A stretch of 64,000 nucleotides of DNA from assembly GCA_951406725.2 (NCBI GenBank), contig OX597842.1:2170001-2234000 (forward strand), written 5' to 3'. The stretch's first letter is position 1, and each line of letters begins with the position of its first letter. This DNA is from Octopus vulgaris (Eukaryota). The notes beneath the pieces were generated by a model. It saw only the letters and a program-made list of their open reading frames with translations, made no database searches and was not told the DNA's origin. The position numbers and the translations under genes are program-made. Shown here piece by piece: positions 1 through 11,679 of this stretch.

Positions 1-470
1 ATGCTTGCATGGATCAGATGGTGTTGACTGAGGCAGATTTTCTATTGCTGGATGCTTTTCCTGTAGCCAGACCTCACCTGTTTCCAAGTAAGATAATATT
101 TCCCACCATGGGATGATATTTCCTAAAGACGACTGCAAATCAATGACACTGCTTGTATGATGGTGATGCTCATTTACAGCTCTATAGGTCGTACCCAATA
201 TCAACCCAAGGAGACAGTAACACGCATGTGTGATGACTAGCATAGCAGCATCGGCGTGAACGGTTATGAAGATAAAGGAGATACACTGGAGACTGGAAGC
301 TATGGAACAGTGGTTCCCAAACATACCGGCTGCCACTCTCGTGACTTCTCTCGGCATTTGCTGAAGAAGGTGTTCATATGCAATCGATATGCGCATGCAC
401 GCACACAAACACACACACACACACACACAGGTAATCAACCGTCTTTGGTCTTGAAGAACTGAAAGTATTT

Positions 471-648
471 ACAGTTCTATATAACAATAATAATAATAAT
501 AATAATAAGAAGAAGAAGAAGAAGAAGGAGGATGAGGATGATGATGATGATGATGATGATGACAATATTGAAAAATACTTTAGGAATGAGAACCCAGGTC
601 TGAAATTTCCCCAAGACACCTGATGAAGGCTGAAGGGTATGTCAGCCC
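471..648 (+). mobile_element. Truncated copy of the palindromic tRNA-head/hammerhead element (HHR 5' half only)
   Basis: Begins ACAGTTCTATA (reverse complement of the element's right terminus), then (AAT)n, AGGAATGAGAACCCAGG, GACAC-CTGATGA-A-GGCTG...CAGCC; breaks before GAAA. Confidence 0.75.
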
Positions 649-924
649 TTGTTTAAAATAGTGTTCTGACCCTTCCAAAAGGTTGGGGCATGTACCACAG
701 TTGGGTTTAATACATTTTTTTACTTTGGAGCTGGTTGTGGAGGGGAATAATTTTGCATTAGTTAGCAGCTTCTTTAATGACTTGGGTTGTTTGTTGCTTT
801 TGACAATTTTAATGTCAGGTAAAATTCTTTTTAGTTTCGGGTCCTTGTGTAGTAGTGGTAGGTTTTGTATGGTTGTGCTGAATGCTTCTTTGTTTCTGAG
901 GTTGTATGGTGAAATGTAGGGTAG
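646..924 (-). pseudogene. Penelope-like element (probably Neptune-type) ORF fragment: RT thumb/linker with Cys knuckle that precedes GIY-YIG
   Basis: Stop-free 93-codon frame, absent from the ORF track for lack of a start: LPYISPYNLRNKEAFSTTIQNLPLLHKDPKLKRILPDIKIVKSNKQPKSLKKLLTNAKLFPSTTSSKVKKCIKPNCGTCPNLLEGSEHYFKQG. QPKSLKKLL plus C-x4-C-x2-C is the PLE linker pattern. Confidence 0.8.
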
Positions 925-1572
925 TCAAGTGATTGTGGGGACACAAACACACACATATACACATATGTAGAAATATATATACGATGGGCTTCTTTCAGTT
1001 TCCATCTACCAAATCCACTCACAAGGCTTTGGTTGACGATGGGCTATAGTAGAAGACACTTTCCCAGGGAGCCACGCAATGGGACTGATCCCAGAATCGT
1101 GGTTAGTAAGCAAGCTACTTACCACACAGCCACACCTGTGCCTATATATGTATGTATATATGTATATATATATTTACTCTTTTACTTGTTTCATTCATTT
1201 GACTGCGGCTATGCTGGAGCACCACCTTTAGTCGAGTAAATCGACTCCAGAGCTTCTTCTTTGAAAGCCTATACTTATCAGTCTCTTTTGCCGTACCGCT
1301 AAGTGATGGGGGACGTAAGCACACCAGCATTGGTTGTCAAGCGATATTGGGAGGACAAATACAGACACACAAACATACACACACACACACAAACACATAT
1401 ACATATACAATGGGCTTCTTTCAGTTTCCATCTACCATATCCACTCACAAGGCTTTGGTTGGCCCGAGTCTATAGTAGAAGATACTTGCCCAAGGTGCCA
1501 TGCAGTGGGAATGAACCCAGGCCCATGTGGTTGGTAAGCAAGCTACTTACCACACAGCCACTCCTGCACCTA
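925..1572 (-). mobile_element. Two copies (partial 925-1142, full 1175-1572) of tRNA-derived SINE family A
   Basis: Minus strand: GGAGTGGCTGTGTGGTAAG A-box, GGTTC B-box, internal (TA/TG)n, tail GACTGAAACAAGTAAAAGAGTAAA; many homologues in the window. Confidence 0.9.
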
Positions 1573-1974
1573 TAAATATATAAATGTATATATTCATTTC
1601 TATATATATCTACATTTCTAAAGATACACACATGTCCAAATGCACACATACACACACATACTCTCTCCGCCTCCCCATCACTGCACCATACACTGCCAGT
1701 TAAGCAAAGTACCTGAACACCATGCATTTCCTGCCCCTTTCCCAACTGTTTTATGTCCTTCCTATTCATCACTAACCCCCCATGGATGATAGATGATGTG
1801 GTGTTTTTCGTTTTTTGTTTCCCCTTTTGATCGAGTGGCGGTAAAGAAGGGCTGGTGTCCCATCACAAAATGAGCGATCTTGTGGGTGGATGTTTTATTA
1901 TTATTTTATGAGGGGTCTCTGTAGCTCCCCTATCTTTGGAACTCTTAACAGGGCAAATTATGCCCCATCAAAAT

Positions 1975-2672
1975 CACCACCACCACCACCACCACCACCA
2001 CCACCACCACCGCCACAACCACCACCACCATCATCACCTCTATCAGCATCGTAGCCCCACCGTTATTATCGCCACTGCCACCAACACCACCACCACTGCC
2101 AGCACCACCACTACCATCAACTCCTGCATCATTATCAACAGTGCCCCCACTACCCATTATTACCACCACCACCACCATTACCATTATCACCACTACTACC
2201 ACCACCATAATCACAACCAACACCACCATCACTGCGACCATTACCACCACCCATCATTACCACCACCACTACTACCACCACCACCATAATCGCAACCAAC
2301 ACCACCATCACTACCACCATTACCACCACCACCATTATCACCACTACTACCACCACCATAATCACAACCAACACCACCCTCACCACCATCATTACCACCA
2401 CCCATCGTTACCACCACCACCACCATTATCACCACCACTACTACCACCACCATAATCACAACCAACACCACCCTCACCACCATCATTACCACCACCCATC
2501 GTTACCACCACCACCACCATTATTACCACTACTACCACCACCATCAACCACAAAATTATGGAATTTGGAATTACAAGTACAAAAGGTAGATTTAACAAAA
2601 TAACATCCCCACCACCATCACCACCACCACCATCACCACCACCACCACCACCACCACCACCACCACCACCAC
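1975..2672 (+). repeat. (ACC/ACT/ATC)n low-complexity tract with ~94-bp higher-order duplications
   Basis: Direct reading; ATCACAACCAACACCACCCTC at 2361 and 2455. Confidence 0.9.
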
Positions 2673-3196
2673 CCTAATCCATCACCAATTCCAGGTTGTC
2701 TGTTCCATTTACCATTCTTCCTAATTCATTATCCCCTCACTGTCGCATTCTCCGTCCCTCTGCATTTTTTAATTTTTTACCTGTTTGTTACCTGTGTAAA
2801 ATCATTCCAGTCCTTGACTCCCTAATTAGCTTCTGTGCAGTAGCAGGATGTGGGATACAGAAGGAGGGGTAATGAGAAAAGCCAGGAATGCTAAGCTTGG
2901 CAAGACGTCCACCTACGCCCACCACCCATTGCTAAATTTTTTCGTAAACTTACCCAGTAATAGAAGATCACTCGCGGTTGTAGGATCGCAGTTTCGATTC
3001 CCAGATGTACTCTTTTACCACAACTTTCTCTCTTTCTTCTGTTGGCCTGCTCGCTTAGCCAGTGGGGTGGTGCCATTTGAAGGCTAAAACAATGCAAAGC
3101 GCATTGTGACCAGCGATGTGTAGCAACATCTGATAGCATGTATTTGTCCCTCCACCATCGTTTGACAACCAATGTTGGTATGTTTACACTCTCTAA

Positions 3197-3349
3197 AGTG
3201 GGTGTCATTAAGAAGGGCTTCCAGCTATAGAAACCACACTGAAACAAACAACTGAAGTTTGGCACAGCCCCTGGCCTTACTGGCTCCTGTCAAACTGTCC
3301 AACTCATGCCGGGATGGAAAACAGACATCAGATGATGATGATGATGATG
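3197..3349 (+). mobile_element. RTE-LINE 3'-end-derived short element with (GAT)n tail
   Basis: Similar to 6865-7023 (GAAGGGC.TCCAGC..TAGAAAC...CATGC...GATGATGAT). Confidence 0.7.
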
Positions 3350-3786
3350 AGTATAGACACCAAAGTGTGGGACCATTTTATTGATTGGTACTTTCAGTTA
3401 TGCTTTTATCTATATACATACATACATATGTATATGTATGTATATAAATATATATATATACATACATATGTGTTTGTATATGAAGAAAAAATCAATAATT
3501 GTCACTTGTAAAAATCACTGCAAGTGGTCTTGTGATATTTTAATGATATAGATTTCAATTTGATGTCTTGGGATATTAAAATGGTTTAAATATGTACCCG
3601 GGTGGAGTGATCTAGCTTCAAGGAATGTTTTGTATGTTTAGTTTATTTGAACTTTGGTAGGACAACTTCAGTTGTAGATTAAATGAGAGAAAATGCGTGT
3701 GAAGTAAATGTGTGTGTATCCTTATATATAGCCATAGATATATGCTGACCCAAACACATACATACATACATATATACAATAATGAT

Positions 3787-3836
<50 letters not shown>

Positions 3837-3956
3837 TATATATATTCACACAACATACTCATATATCTTCATAAATATCTTTTTCTGTCTATCTATCTCT
3901 AGCTTTCTATCTGTCTGTCTATCTATCTATACATATATGTATGTATGTATGTATCT

Positions 3957-3992
<36 letters not shown>

Positions 3993-4304
3993 TAAATCAT
4001 GGGTTTGGCTCCCAGACAGGGTGACACATTGTGTTCTTGAGCAAAACCCTTCATCTCACATTGTTCTGGAATCACTTTGACATCTGACATGTGGTATACT
4101 TCTGCACTTGTACAGGCAACACCGATTTGATGGGGGTGGGGGTCTTGTATGAAATTCGTGTCTGGCCATGGGGAACACTACCTTTCTTGGAAAGACATGA
4201 GTGTTGGCAACAGGAAGGGCATCCAGCCATGGTAAATTTGCCTCACATTAAACTGGTGATGACGATGACAACTTATGTTATTGCAATGTGAAATTATTCC
4301 TAAA

Positions 4305-4676
4305 CTAGCAGTATCGCCCGGTGTTACTCGGGTTTGTTTCGACCCTTTAGCATTGGAATTTTTGAATAGTAAAAATTTTGCATTATGTAGCTTGTTATTC
4401 TCTTTAAGGGAACATTTTTCTGATTGAAATACACAAAAAATGGTGACACAGCAGTCAAAAAATCGTAAAAAATAGGGATTTTCATAGAAAAAAAGCAGCT
4501 TTTTGATGTAAATAATTTTTGGTGTTAACATGGTCCGATTTGAATTTTTTAAGCCTTCTTCTATCATACTATCAATTTTGGTCAACTTGTGCCACAGGGT
4601 CAAGGAGGAGATAGTGTTAGTTGAAGGCTACCAAACCTGCCACACACAGACAACTTCAGTTATATATATACAGAGA
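4305..4676 (-). mobile_element. Non-autonomous Helitron
   Basis: Minus strand 5'-TC...CTAG-3', subterminal hairpin CCCGAGTAACACCGGG, A|T insertion site, no TSD; four copies in the window. Confidence 0.8.
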
Positions 4677-4930
4677 TTTCATTTGAAAATATAGAATTTT
4701 GTTTCTAAACCAAAAGACATCTTCTGAATGCATGTGTATGAATTTTTGTTTGGTATTTTATTCCTGTATTCCTCACAGCATGTCTTTATTTGCCATTTGG
4801 CAATCTACAGAACTACTGTTAACCTTTTTGTTACCATAATTCTGTTGAAATTCACTGCCTCTGTTTCCATAAATTTTGAAAATAATGAAGGATTTAATAA
4901 AATAAATTTGTCATTATTAACCTGTTGTAA

Positions 4931-5534
4931 GGTGGTGCCCTAGCAGAAATATTAGCAATCCGGGTAAAATGCTTAGTGCTACTTGGGCAGTTGGGTATCA
5001 AAGGCCGCAGAACTGCCACAATTAAACTTTTGTCTGATGTTACTGAAAAGTGCTCAATGTGGATATAGGCAATGGGGAATGACCAATGGACCTAGTGATG
5101 GATTCCATTGGTGATTTACAGGAATAGAAGGAAGAAGAGAACTGGTTCCTTCATCAGTCAGAGTGGCCTGGTGGGCTGAAACACAGACATGGGAACACAA
5201 GTTCATGTAAAGGATGACCCAGGTTCAAATCCTGCTGGAGACAGGATTTTAGAAAGCAGCAGGAGGACACCTAGGAATCGTGACCTGGGTGGGCCTCAAT
5301 TCCTGTAGAGTGTCAGGTATATGGTCTGAAATACTTGTCGGGTGGGAGTTCTTCCTCTGAAGGTCTCTCCTGCTGTGTGCTTGCCTTGCAGTGAGCTTCT
5401 GTTAATTTTAGTTATTTTTGTTTTTCTGTTTTTATGTTTCTGAGTTCAAATTCTGTTGAGGTGGACTTTGCCATTTACCCTGCCAGAGTGGATACAATAA
5501 GTACCTGGGGGTCAATGTGATCAACTAACTCCCT
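4931..5534 (+). mobile_element. Old SINE family B (Meta/beta-domain-like), split by a ~450-bp insertion
   Basis: 5' part 4931-4983 and remainder 5430-5534 (TCTGAGTTCAAATTC...GACTTTGCC...AATAAGTACC) are collinear with the copy at 11968-12194. Confidence 0.65.
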
Positions 5535-5586
5535 TATTTACATTATTTACATTTAACAGATATTTGTCCTCATCTTGTTTGTTGTT

Positions 5587-5615
5587 GACACAACGTTTCA
5601 CCTTCATCAGGTGTC
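5587..5615 (-). ncRNA. Type-I hammerhead motif, stem II deleted
   Basis: GACAC CTGATGA AGGT GAAAC GTT GTGTC: perfect stem I and core, no stem II. Confidence 0.7.
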
Positions 5616-5791
5616 TTGGGGAAATTTTGAACCTGGGTTCTCATTCCTAAGGTATTTTTCAATGTTGTTATTATTGTTGTTGTTGTTGCTGTTGTTCTGG
5701 TCACTGTTTGGAATCGAACTCGGAATCTTGGGTCTAGTCGCCTGTACTCTTAACCACTATGCCATATGCCCATGGGCATATGGTGTAGTGA

Positions 5792-5833
<42 letters not shown>

Positions 5834-5884
5834 CAACATCTAAAAGTACCTTAGGAATGAGAACCCAGGTTCAAAATTTCCCAA

Positions 5885-5930
5885 GACACCTGATAAGGGC
5901 TGGAGGGTATATCAGCCAAAACGTTGAGTT
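5885..5930 (+). ncRNA. Type-I hammerhead motif with core mutations
   Basis: GACAC CTGATAA G GGCTG-loop-CAGCC AAAAC GTT GAGTT (G8A and G12A relative to consensus). Confidence 0.65.
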
Positions 5931-6136
5931 AACAACAAACAAGATGAGGACAAATATCTGGCAAATGTAAATAATGTAAATAATTTCTCATCTCTTAAAT
6001 ATAGAACTGTATTAACTAACTCCCTCCCCAAAAATTTCAGGTATTATTACTTGTAGTGTTAGGGACTAAAATTTAGATGAAATTTTGATGGTAGATTTTA
6101 ATTAAGATCATTTTAATCATTTTGTTCCGATAGTAC

Positions 6137-7023
6137 CTTGAGAGAAAAGCTGGACCTAAGAAGCATCAGTTGTGGTGTGCAAGAGAGACGTTTGCGTTGG
6201 TATGGTCATGTGGCGAGAATGGATGAAGATAGTTGTGTGAAAAAGTGCCACACCCTAGCGGTTGAGGGAACCTGTGGAAGAGGCAGACCCAGGAAAACCT
6301 GGGACGAGGTGGTGAAGCACGACCTTCGAACTTTAGGTCTCACTGAGGAAATGACTAGAGACCGAGTCCTCTGGAAGTGTGCTGTGCGCGAGAAGACCCG
6401 GCAGGACAAGTGAGTCCATAACCCGTGGCCTTCTACTTGGGATGGAGCCAGCCTACGTATGCATACCTTCCCTTCTTGGGACACAAAACTCTACTTGTGA
6501 AGACGTGTTGAGGCAAGTGAGGATCAGAATCGAAATCGATCAATGGAAATTGCGGATGTGCTACCAGTGCCGGTGGCATGTCGAAACTCTGCTTGTGAAG
6601 ACCCATTGAGGCAAGTGAGGATCAGAATCGAAATCGATCAATAGAAATCGATCAATGGAAATTGCAGATGTGTTACCAGTGCCGGTGGCATGTAAGAGAA
6701 CTTTCCGTTTCGCGACCGTTGCCAGCACCGCCCCGTTTCGTGTCCATTGCCAGCCTCGCCTGGCCCTCGTGCCGGTGGCACATAAAAAGCACCATCCGTT
6801 CGTGGCCGTTTGCCAGCTCTGTCTGGCACCAGTGCGGGTGGCACGTAAAAAGCACCCACTACACTCACGGAGTGGTTGGCGTTAGGAAGGGCATCCAGCC
6901 GTAGAAACACTGCCAGATTTGACTGGGCCTGATGAAGCCTTCTGGCTTCACAGACCCCAGTAGAACCGTCCAACCCATGCTAGCATGGAAAACGGACGCT
7001 AAAAATGATGATGATGATGATGA
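6137..7023 (+). mobile_element. 5'-truncated RTE-clade LINE: ORF C-terminus (6138-6413), repeat-rich 3' UTR, (GAT)n tail
   Basis: RRLRWYGHVARMDEDSCVKK...GRGRPRKTWDEVVKHDL...DRVLWK is the RTE C-terminal signature. Confidence 0.9.
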
Positions 7024-7424
7024 TTTCTTCTGAAATATATTGCCTTTGTTTTAGTTGATTTTGAAAATTCTGAAGAATTTAATAAAATGATTTGGTCATT
7101 CCTAAACTGGTATTTGGAACATAAATTAACATGAAATTTTGATTGGAGATGTTAATTTAGATCACTTTAACCCTTTTGTTGCCATATTTCTGTTGGAATA
7201 CACTGTCTTTGCCACCATGAATTTTGAAATTAATGAAGAATTTAGTAAAATATTTATTGATATAAAGAACAGTGTTTTGCACAAAAAAACCAAACAATAT
7301 GAGACTTTCTTTCATAGAATCTACTGCAGTGTAGTTTGCTGTAACAGGACAACCATGTTTAGGTGGGGATACATACTACCTCTTAGTATTTTATACTATC
7401 TTTGTCACTAAAATGATGATGATG

Positions 7425-7925
7425 ATCATCATCGTTTAATGTCCGCTTTCCATGCTAGCATGGGTTGGACGATTTGACTGAGGACTGGCAAACCAGATGG
7501 CTGCACCAGGCTCCAATCTGATCTGGCAGAGTTTCTACAGCTGGATGCCGTTTCTAATGCCAACCACTCCCAGAGTGTAGTGGGTGCTTTTATGTGCCAC
7601 CGGCACGAGGGTCAGTCTGGTGGTACTGGCAACGTCCACACTCGAAAATGGTGTTTTTTACATGCCACCTGCACCTGAGTCAGTCCAGCGGCACTGGAAC
7701 GACCTCGCTTGAATATTTTGTCACATGCCACCGGCACAAGTGCCAGTAGGGCGATGCTGGTAACGATCACGCTCAAATGGTGGTTTTTACGTGCCACCTG
7801 CACCTGAGTCAGTCCAGCGGCACTGGAACGACCTCGCTTGAATATTTTGTCACATGCCACCGGCACAAGTGCCAGTAGGGGGATGCTGGTAACGATCACG
7901 CTCAAATGGTGGTTTTTACGTGCCC
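7425..7925 (-). mobile_element. RTE 3'-UTR-derived element with a 129-bp internal tandem duplication
   Basis: (CAT)n tail, homology to 6670-7023; GCCACCTGCACCTGAG at 7664 and 7793. Confidence 0.8.
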
Positions 7926-8084
7926 ACAAAATAACTTTGTCATCATTAATGCTTTGGGTCATAAATAAACATGCAATTTTGATGGAGACTTATAATTTAG
8001 ATTGCTTTAACCTTTTTGTTATCATATTTCTATAGAAACACACCACCTCAGTTCCAACAAATTTTGAAAATAATGAAGACAGCC

Positions 8085-8670
8085 ATGTAGTCGTGGCCAA
8101 TGTCAGTGTCGCATAACTGGCTGGTTAAAAGCACCCTTCGGTTGTTGGGTGATATGTTGTGTATGTGAAGACCTGTTGAACCGAGTGAAATCATAGTCAT
8201 GGCTGATGCCAGTGCCACCTGACTGGCACCCATGTTGGTGGCATGTAAAAAGCAGCATTCAGGGGTTGGGCCTCATGGAGGTGGTGACAAGGTCTGTCTC
8301 TGGAAAGGGTTGAGCAAAATTGGCTTGCTATGGTGGAGGTTCTGTGGGTAGCCATGTGGTAGTGAGGTTGTTTATACCCTTACCCTTGATGGTATACCAT
8401 GCTTGTGTTGACCTGTTAAGCCAAGTGAAACCATAGTTGCGGCTGATGCCGGAGTCAGGTCAATGGCACCTGTTGCCGGTGGCACATAAAAAGCACTCGC
8501 TACATTCTCGGAATGGTCGACATTAGGAAAGGCATCCAACCATAGAACCTTGCCAAATCAGATTGGAAGTTGATGCAGCCCCCCCCCCATTCCCTGGCTT
8601 ACCAGTTTCCAGTCAAACCGTCCAACCCATGCCAGCATGGAAAGCAGATTTTAAATGATGATGATGATGA
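8085..8670 (+). mobile_element. Older RTE 3'-UTR fragments
   Basis: GGTGGCACATAAAAAGCAC motifs, AGGAAAGGCATCCAACC, (GAT)n tail. Confidence 0.65.
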
Positions 8671-9609
8671 AGAAATTTAGTAATTATTTAAGCTGGTGTC
8701 TAGAAAATAAATTAACTTGTAACTTTGATGAAATGTTTTAATTAAAATCCTTTAACCCTTAAATTAGTAATCTTTTTTAAATAAATAAACTTCTTTTTTT
8801 ATTTCAATAAATTTAGAAATAACGAAAAAATTAGTGAAATATCTTCGTCATTATTAAGCTGACATTTGGAACATGAATTTACATGAAATTTTAATTTGGA
8901 TTACTTTAAACAAAAAGTTTGTACTGCAAAGCCAGGGGCTGTGTCTGGAGAATTGGTATGAAAAGGGTTAGACAAAATTGGCTTGCTATGGTGGAGGTTC
9001 TGTGGGTAGCCACGAGGTAGTGAGGCTGTTTATATTGCAGTTTGTTTTGTCGTTGAGAGAAAACAAAAATTGTTTGAATTTGTGTGGCTGGCAGGTTTTT
9101 TTTAAATGTTAAAAAATAATTTTTTTTTGAGCAGAGACAAAATAAAAAATAAACTTTCAAATGATACGAATTCTTTTTACTACAAATAAACAAAAAGTGC
9201 ACCCTCCACACCCAGCCACCCATGTAAAAAGCCTTACCCCAAAGACAAACACATATACACACACATACACATTCTCTCCCTCTCAAACACACACACGCTC
9301 TATCTCTCTCCTTCAGGCACACACATGCACACACTGTCTCACTCTCTCTCCCTTACACATACACAAGCACACGCTGTCTGTCTGTCTTTCTCTCTCTCTT
9401 CCTCACACACACACACACAGATGCATCTATTGCCCACACCGCATACAGACAGCCCCACACACAGACTCGTGGTTTGCACCACTCTGAGGCAATTACAAAT
9501 TGTTATAAATACTGATCTCGTTTTTCATTTCTCACAATCGGAAGATTCCCAATGGAGAAGGAAACTGTCAACCACTGCAGGGAATTGGACCTTCAATTCC
9601 TCCAGTAAG

Positions 9610-9730
9610 ATTATATACACATATACACTCACACACACATATATGCTTACAAATATGTGTATATATGCATATATATATGTATGCACATACACACATGCAT
9701 ATATGTATATGCATATTTACGCATACACAC

Positions 9731-9784
<54 letters not shown>

Positions 9785-9942
9785 CTATATATGTATATGG
9801 ATATATTCACACACATAAATATACACATATTCACACATATATATACATGTATATATATGTTCACTATATATACATGTCCATCAGTTTGTCTGTCTATTAA
9901 TTTATCCTTATATATAATGTAGATAGATATAAATATATGATT

Positions 9943-9982
<40 letters not shown>

Positions 9983-10090
9983 GGCATACATATGTAAAAT
10001 GTAAACTATATACATTTATATATATTGAATAATTATAGATATAGATATATTTATAAATATACAGCTACACATATATATATATATATATAG
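9610..10090. repeat. (TA)n/(CA)n microsatellite region
   Basis: Direct reading. Confidence 0.9.
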
Positions 10091-10094
10091 CCAC

Positions 10095-10267
10095 AGCACC
10101 CACTACGCTCATGGAGTGGTTGGCGTTAGGAAGGGTATCCAGCTGTAGAAACACTGCCAGATCAGACTGGAGCCTGGTGCAGCCTTCTGGCTTCCCAGAC
10201 CCCGGTCAAACCGTCCAACCTGTGCTAGCGCGGAAAACGGACGTTAAACGATGATGATGATGATGAT
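10095..10267 (+). mobile_element. RTE 3'-end fragment
   Basis: Close match to 6852-7023. Confidence 0.85.
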
Positions 10268-10459
10268 ATATATATATTTGTGTGTGTGTTTGTAAATATT
10301 ATTTTTGTCACCATTTTATGTTTGTTTTAAATGTTGGTATGGGTTGGATGGTTTAACAGCATCGAACAAGTTAGAGACTCTACTAGGCTTCAGTAATTAC
10401 TTTGGCCTGTCTTTTGTGGCTGGATGCCCTGTCTACAGGGTATACAGGGTGCTTTGTCA

Positions 10460-11119
10460 TGGCTCTAGCATTAGAGAAGGTGCCTTGTCACTTGCAAGGC
10501 TAAAGTTATGCCAACGAGGGTTCCAGTTGATCTGATCAACAGAACAGCCTGCTCATAAAATTAACATGCAAGTGGCTGAGTATTCCACAGACATGTGTTC
10601 CTTTAATGTAGTTCTCAGGGAGATCCAGCATGACACAGAATGCGACAAGGTTGACCCTTTGATGTACAGGTACTTAATCACTTTTGCTAGGTGAATGGAC
10701 TGCATCAACATGAAATAAAGTGTCTTGCTCAAGGACAGAATGTGCTGCCAAGAATTGAACTTCTGATCTTATGATCATGAGTCGAATGCATTAACCATTT
10801 AGCCATGCACCATCACTAAAAAGTGGCACTCCATTGGTTGCAGTGATGAGGGTTACAATTGATCTGGTCAGCAGAACAGTGTCCTTGTTAAATTAACTGC
10901 AAGTGGCTGAGTTCTTCACAGATGCACATACCCTAAATTTAGTTCTCAGGGAGATTCAGTGTGACTTAGAATGTGACAAGGCTGGCCCCTTTGAATCACA
11001 GGTACAACTCATTTTTTTAGCTGAGTGGAGTGGAGCGATGAGAAATCCACCAGGAATTGAACTCTGCCCTTATGATCATGAGCTGCATTATCCCTAACCA
11101 CTAAGCCACGTGCCTTCAC
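10460..11119 (-). mobile_element. Two tandem CORE-like tRNA SINEs (family D)
   Basis: Minus head GTGAAGGCACGTGGCTTAGTGGTTAG...GTTCAATTCC; CTTGAGCAAGACACTTTATTTCA core in the first copy; shared tail distinct from family C. Confidence 0.75.
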
Positions 11120-11679
11120 AAGGGAGCACCTGTTATTGAAAAGACAATGCAAGAACAAAAATGTGATGCTTCTTGGTGAGTTGATGAGAGAGAAGAAAGT
11201 ATAATGGGAGGAGAGGCTGTGAAGGGGACAGGGGATGGAGAAGGGAATTAGTGTCATTGTTAGGGAGAAAAGAAGGGTCAGAATGGCCCATGCCGGAGCA
11301 GTGTCATATTCACACCCTTCACCATCACGATATATTGTCATAAATGTTGAAAATGAATGCCATTACTTGTATGACTGACATGAGTCACACACACACACGC
11401 GTGTGCTTGTACACACACATCATAATCATCATCATCAGCATCATTTTAATCTTTTATTGTTTACTTGTTTCAGTCATTAGACTGCAGCCATACTGGAGCA
11501 CTGCCTTGAAGAAATTTTTATTGAATGAATTTGACCCCTACTATGTTTCTTTATATTTTTTTTAAGCCTAGTACTTACTCCATTGGTCTTGTTTGCTGAA
11601 CTGCTAAGTTATCGGGTTGTAAACAGACCAACACTGGATGTCATATGGTGGTGGGAGACAAACACAAATACAAACACAT

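Larger units (their letters stand above)
5536..6010. mobile_element. Palindromic (head-to-head) tRNA-head + hammerhead element
   Basis: Arms 5536-5771 (-) and 5774-6010 (+) are reverse complements around GCCATATGCCC-AT-GGGCATATGG. Left arm has A-box TGGCATAGTGG and B-box GAGTTCGATTCC. Both arms have HHR motifs. AACTAACTCCCT is duplicated at 5523-5534 and 6014-6025. Confidence 0.85.
4820..8971 (+). mobile_element. Fragmented AT-rich piggyBac-like MITE with internal ~160-bp tandem units, host of nested insertions
   Basis: Pieces at 4820-4925, 6060-6135, 7025-7300, 7925-8080 and 8670-8971 share TTAACCCTTTTGTT.CCATA...TTTTGAAAATAATGAAG; right end TGGTATGAAAAGGGTTA resembles a TTAA|CCCTTT terminus. 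Confidence 0.5.

Noticed and set aside
309-322. CAGTGGTTCCCAAA hAT-like terminus
   Set aside because: No matching second terminus found nearby.
1936-2598. Poly-His/Thr/Pro/Gly/Val ORFs (also 28684-29361, 55067-55543, 57584-58123)
   Set aside because: (ACC)n repeats have no stops; no splice or domain evidence.
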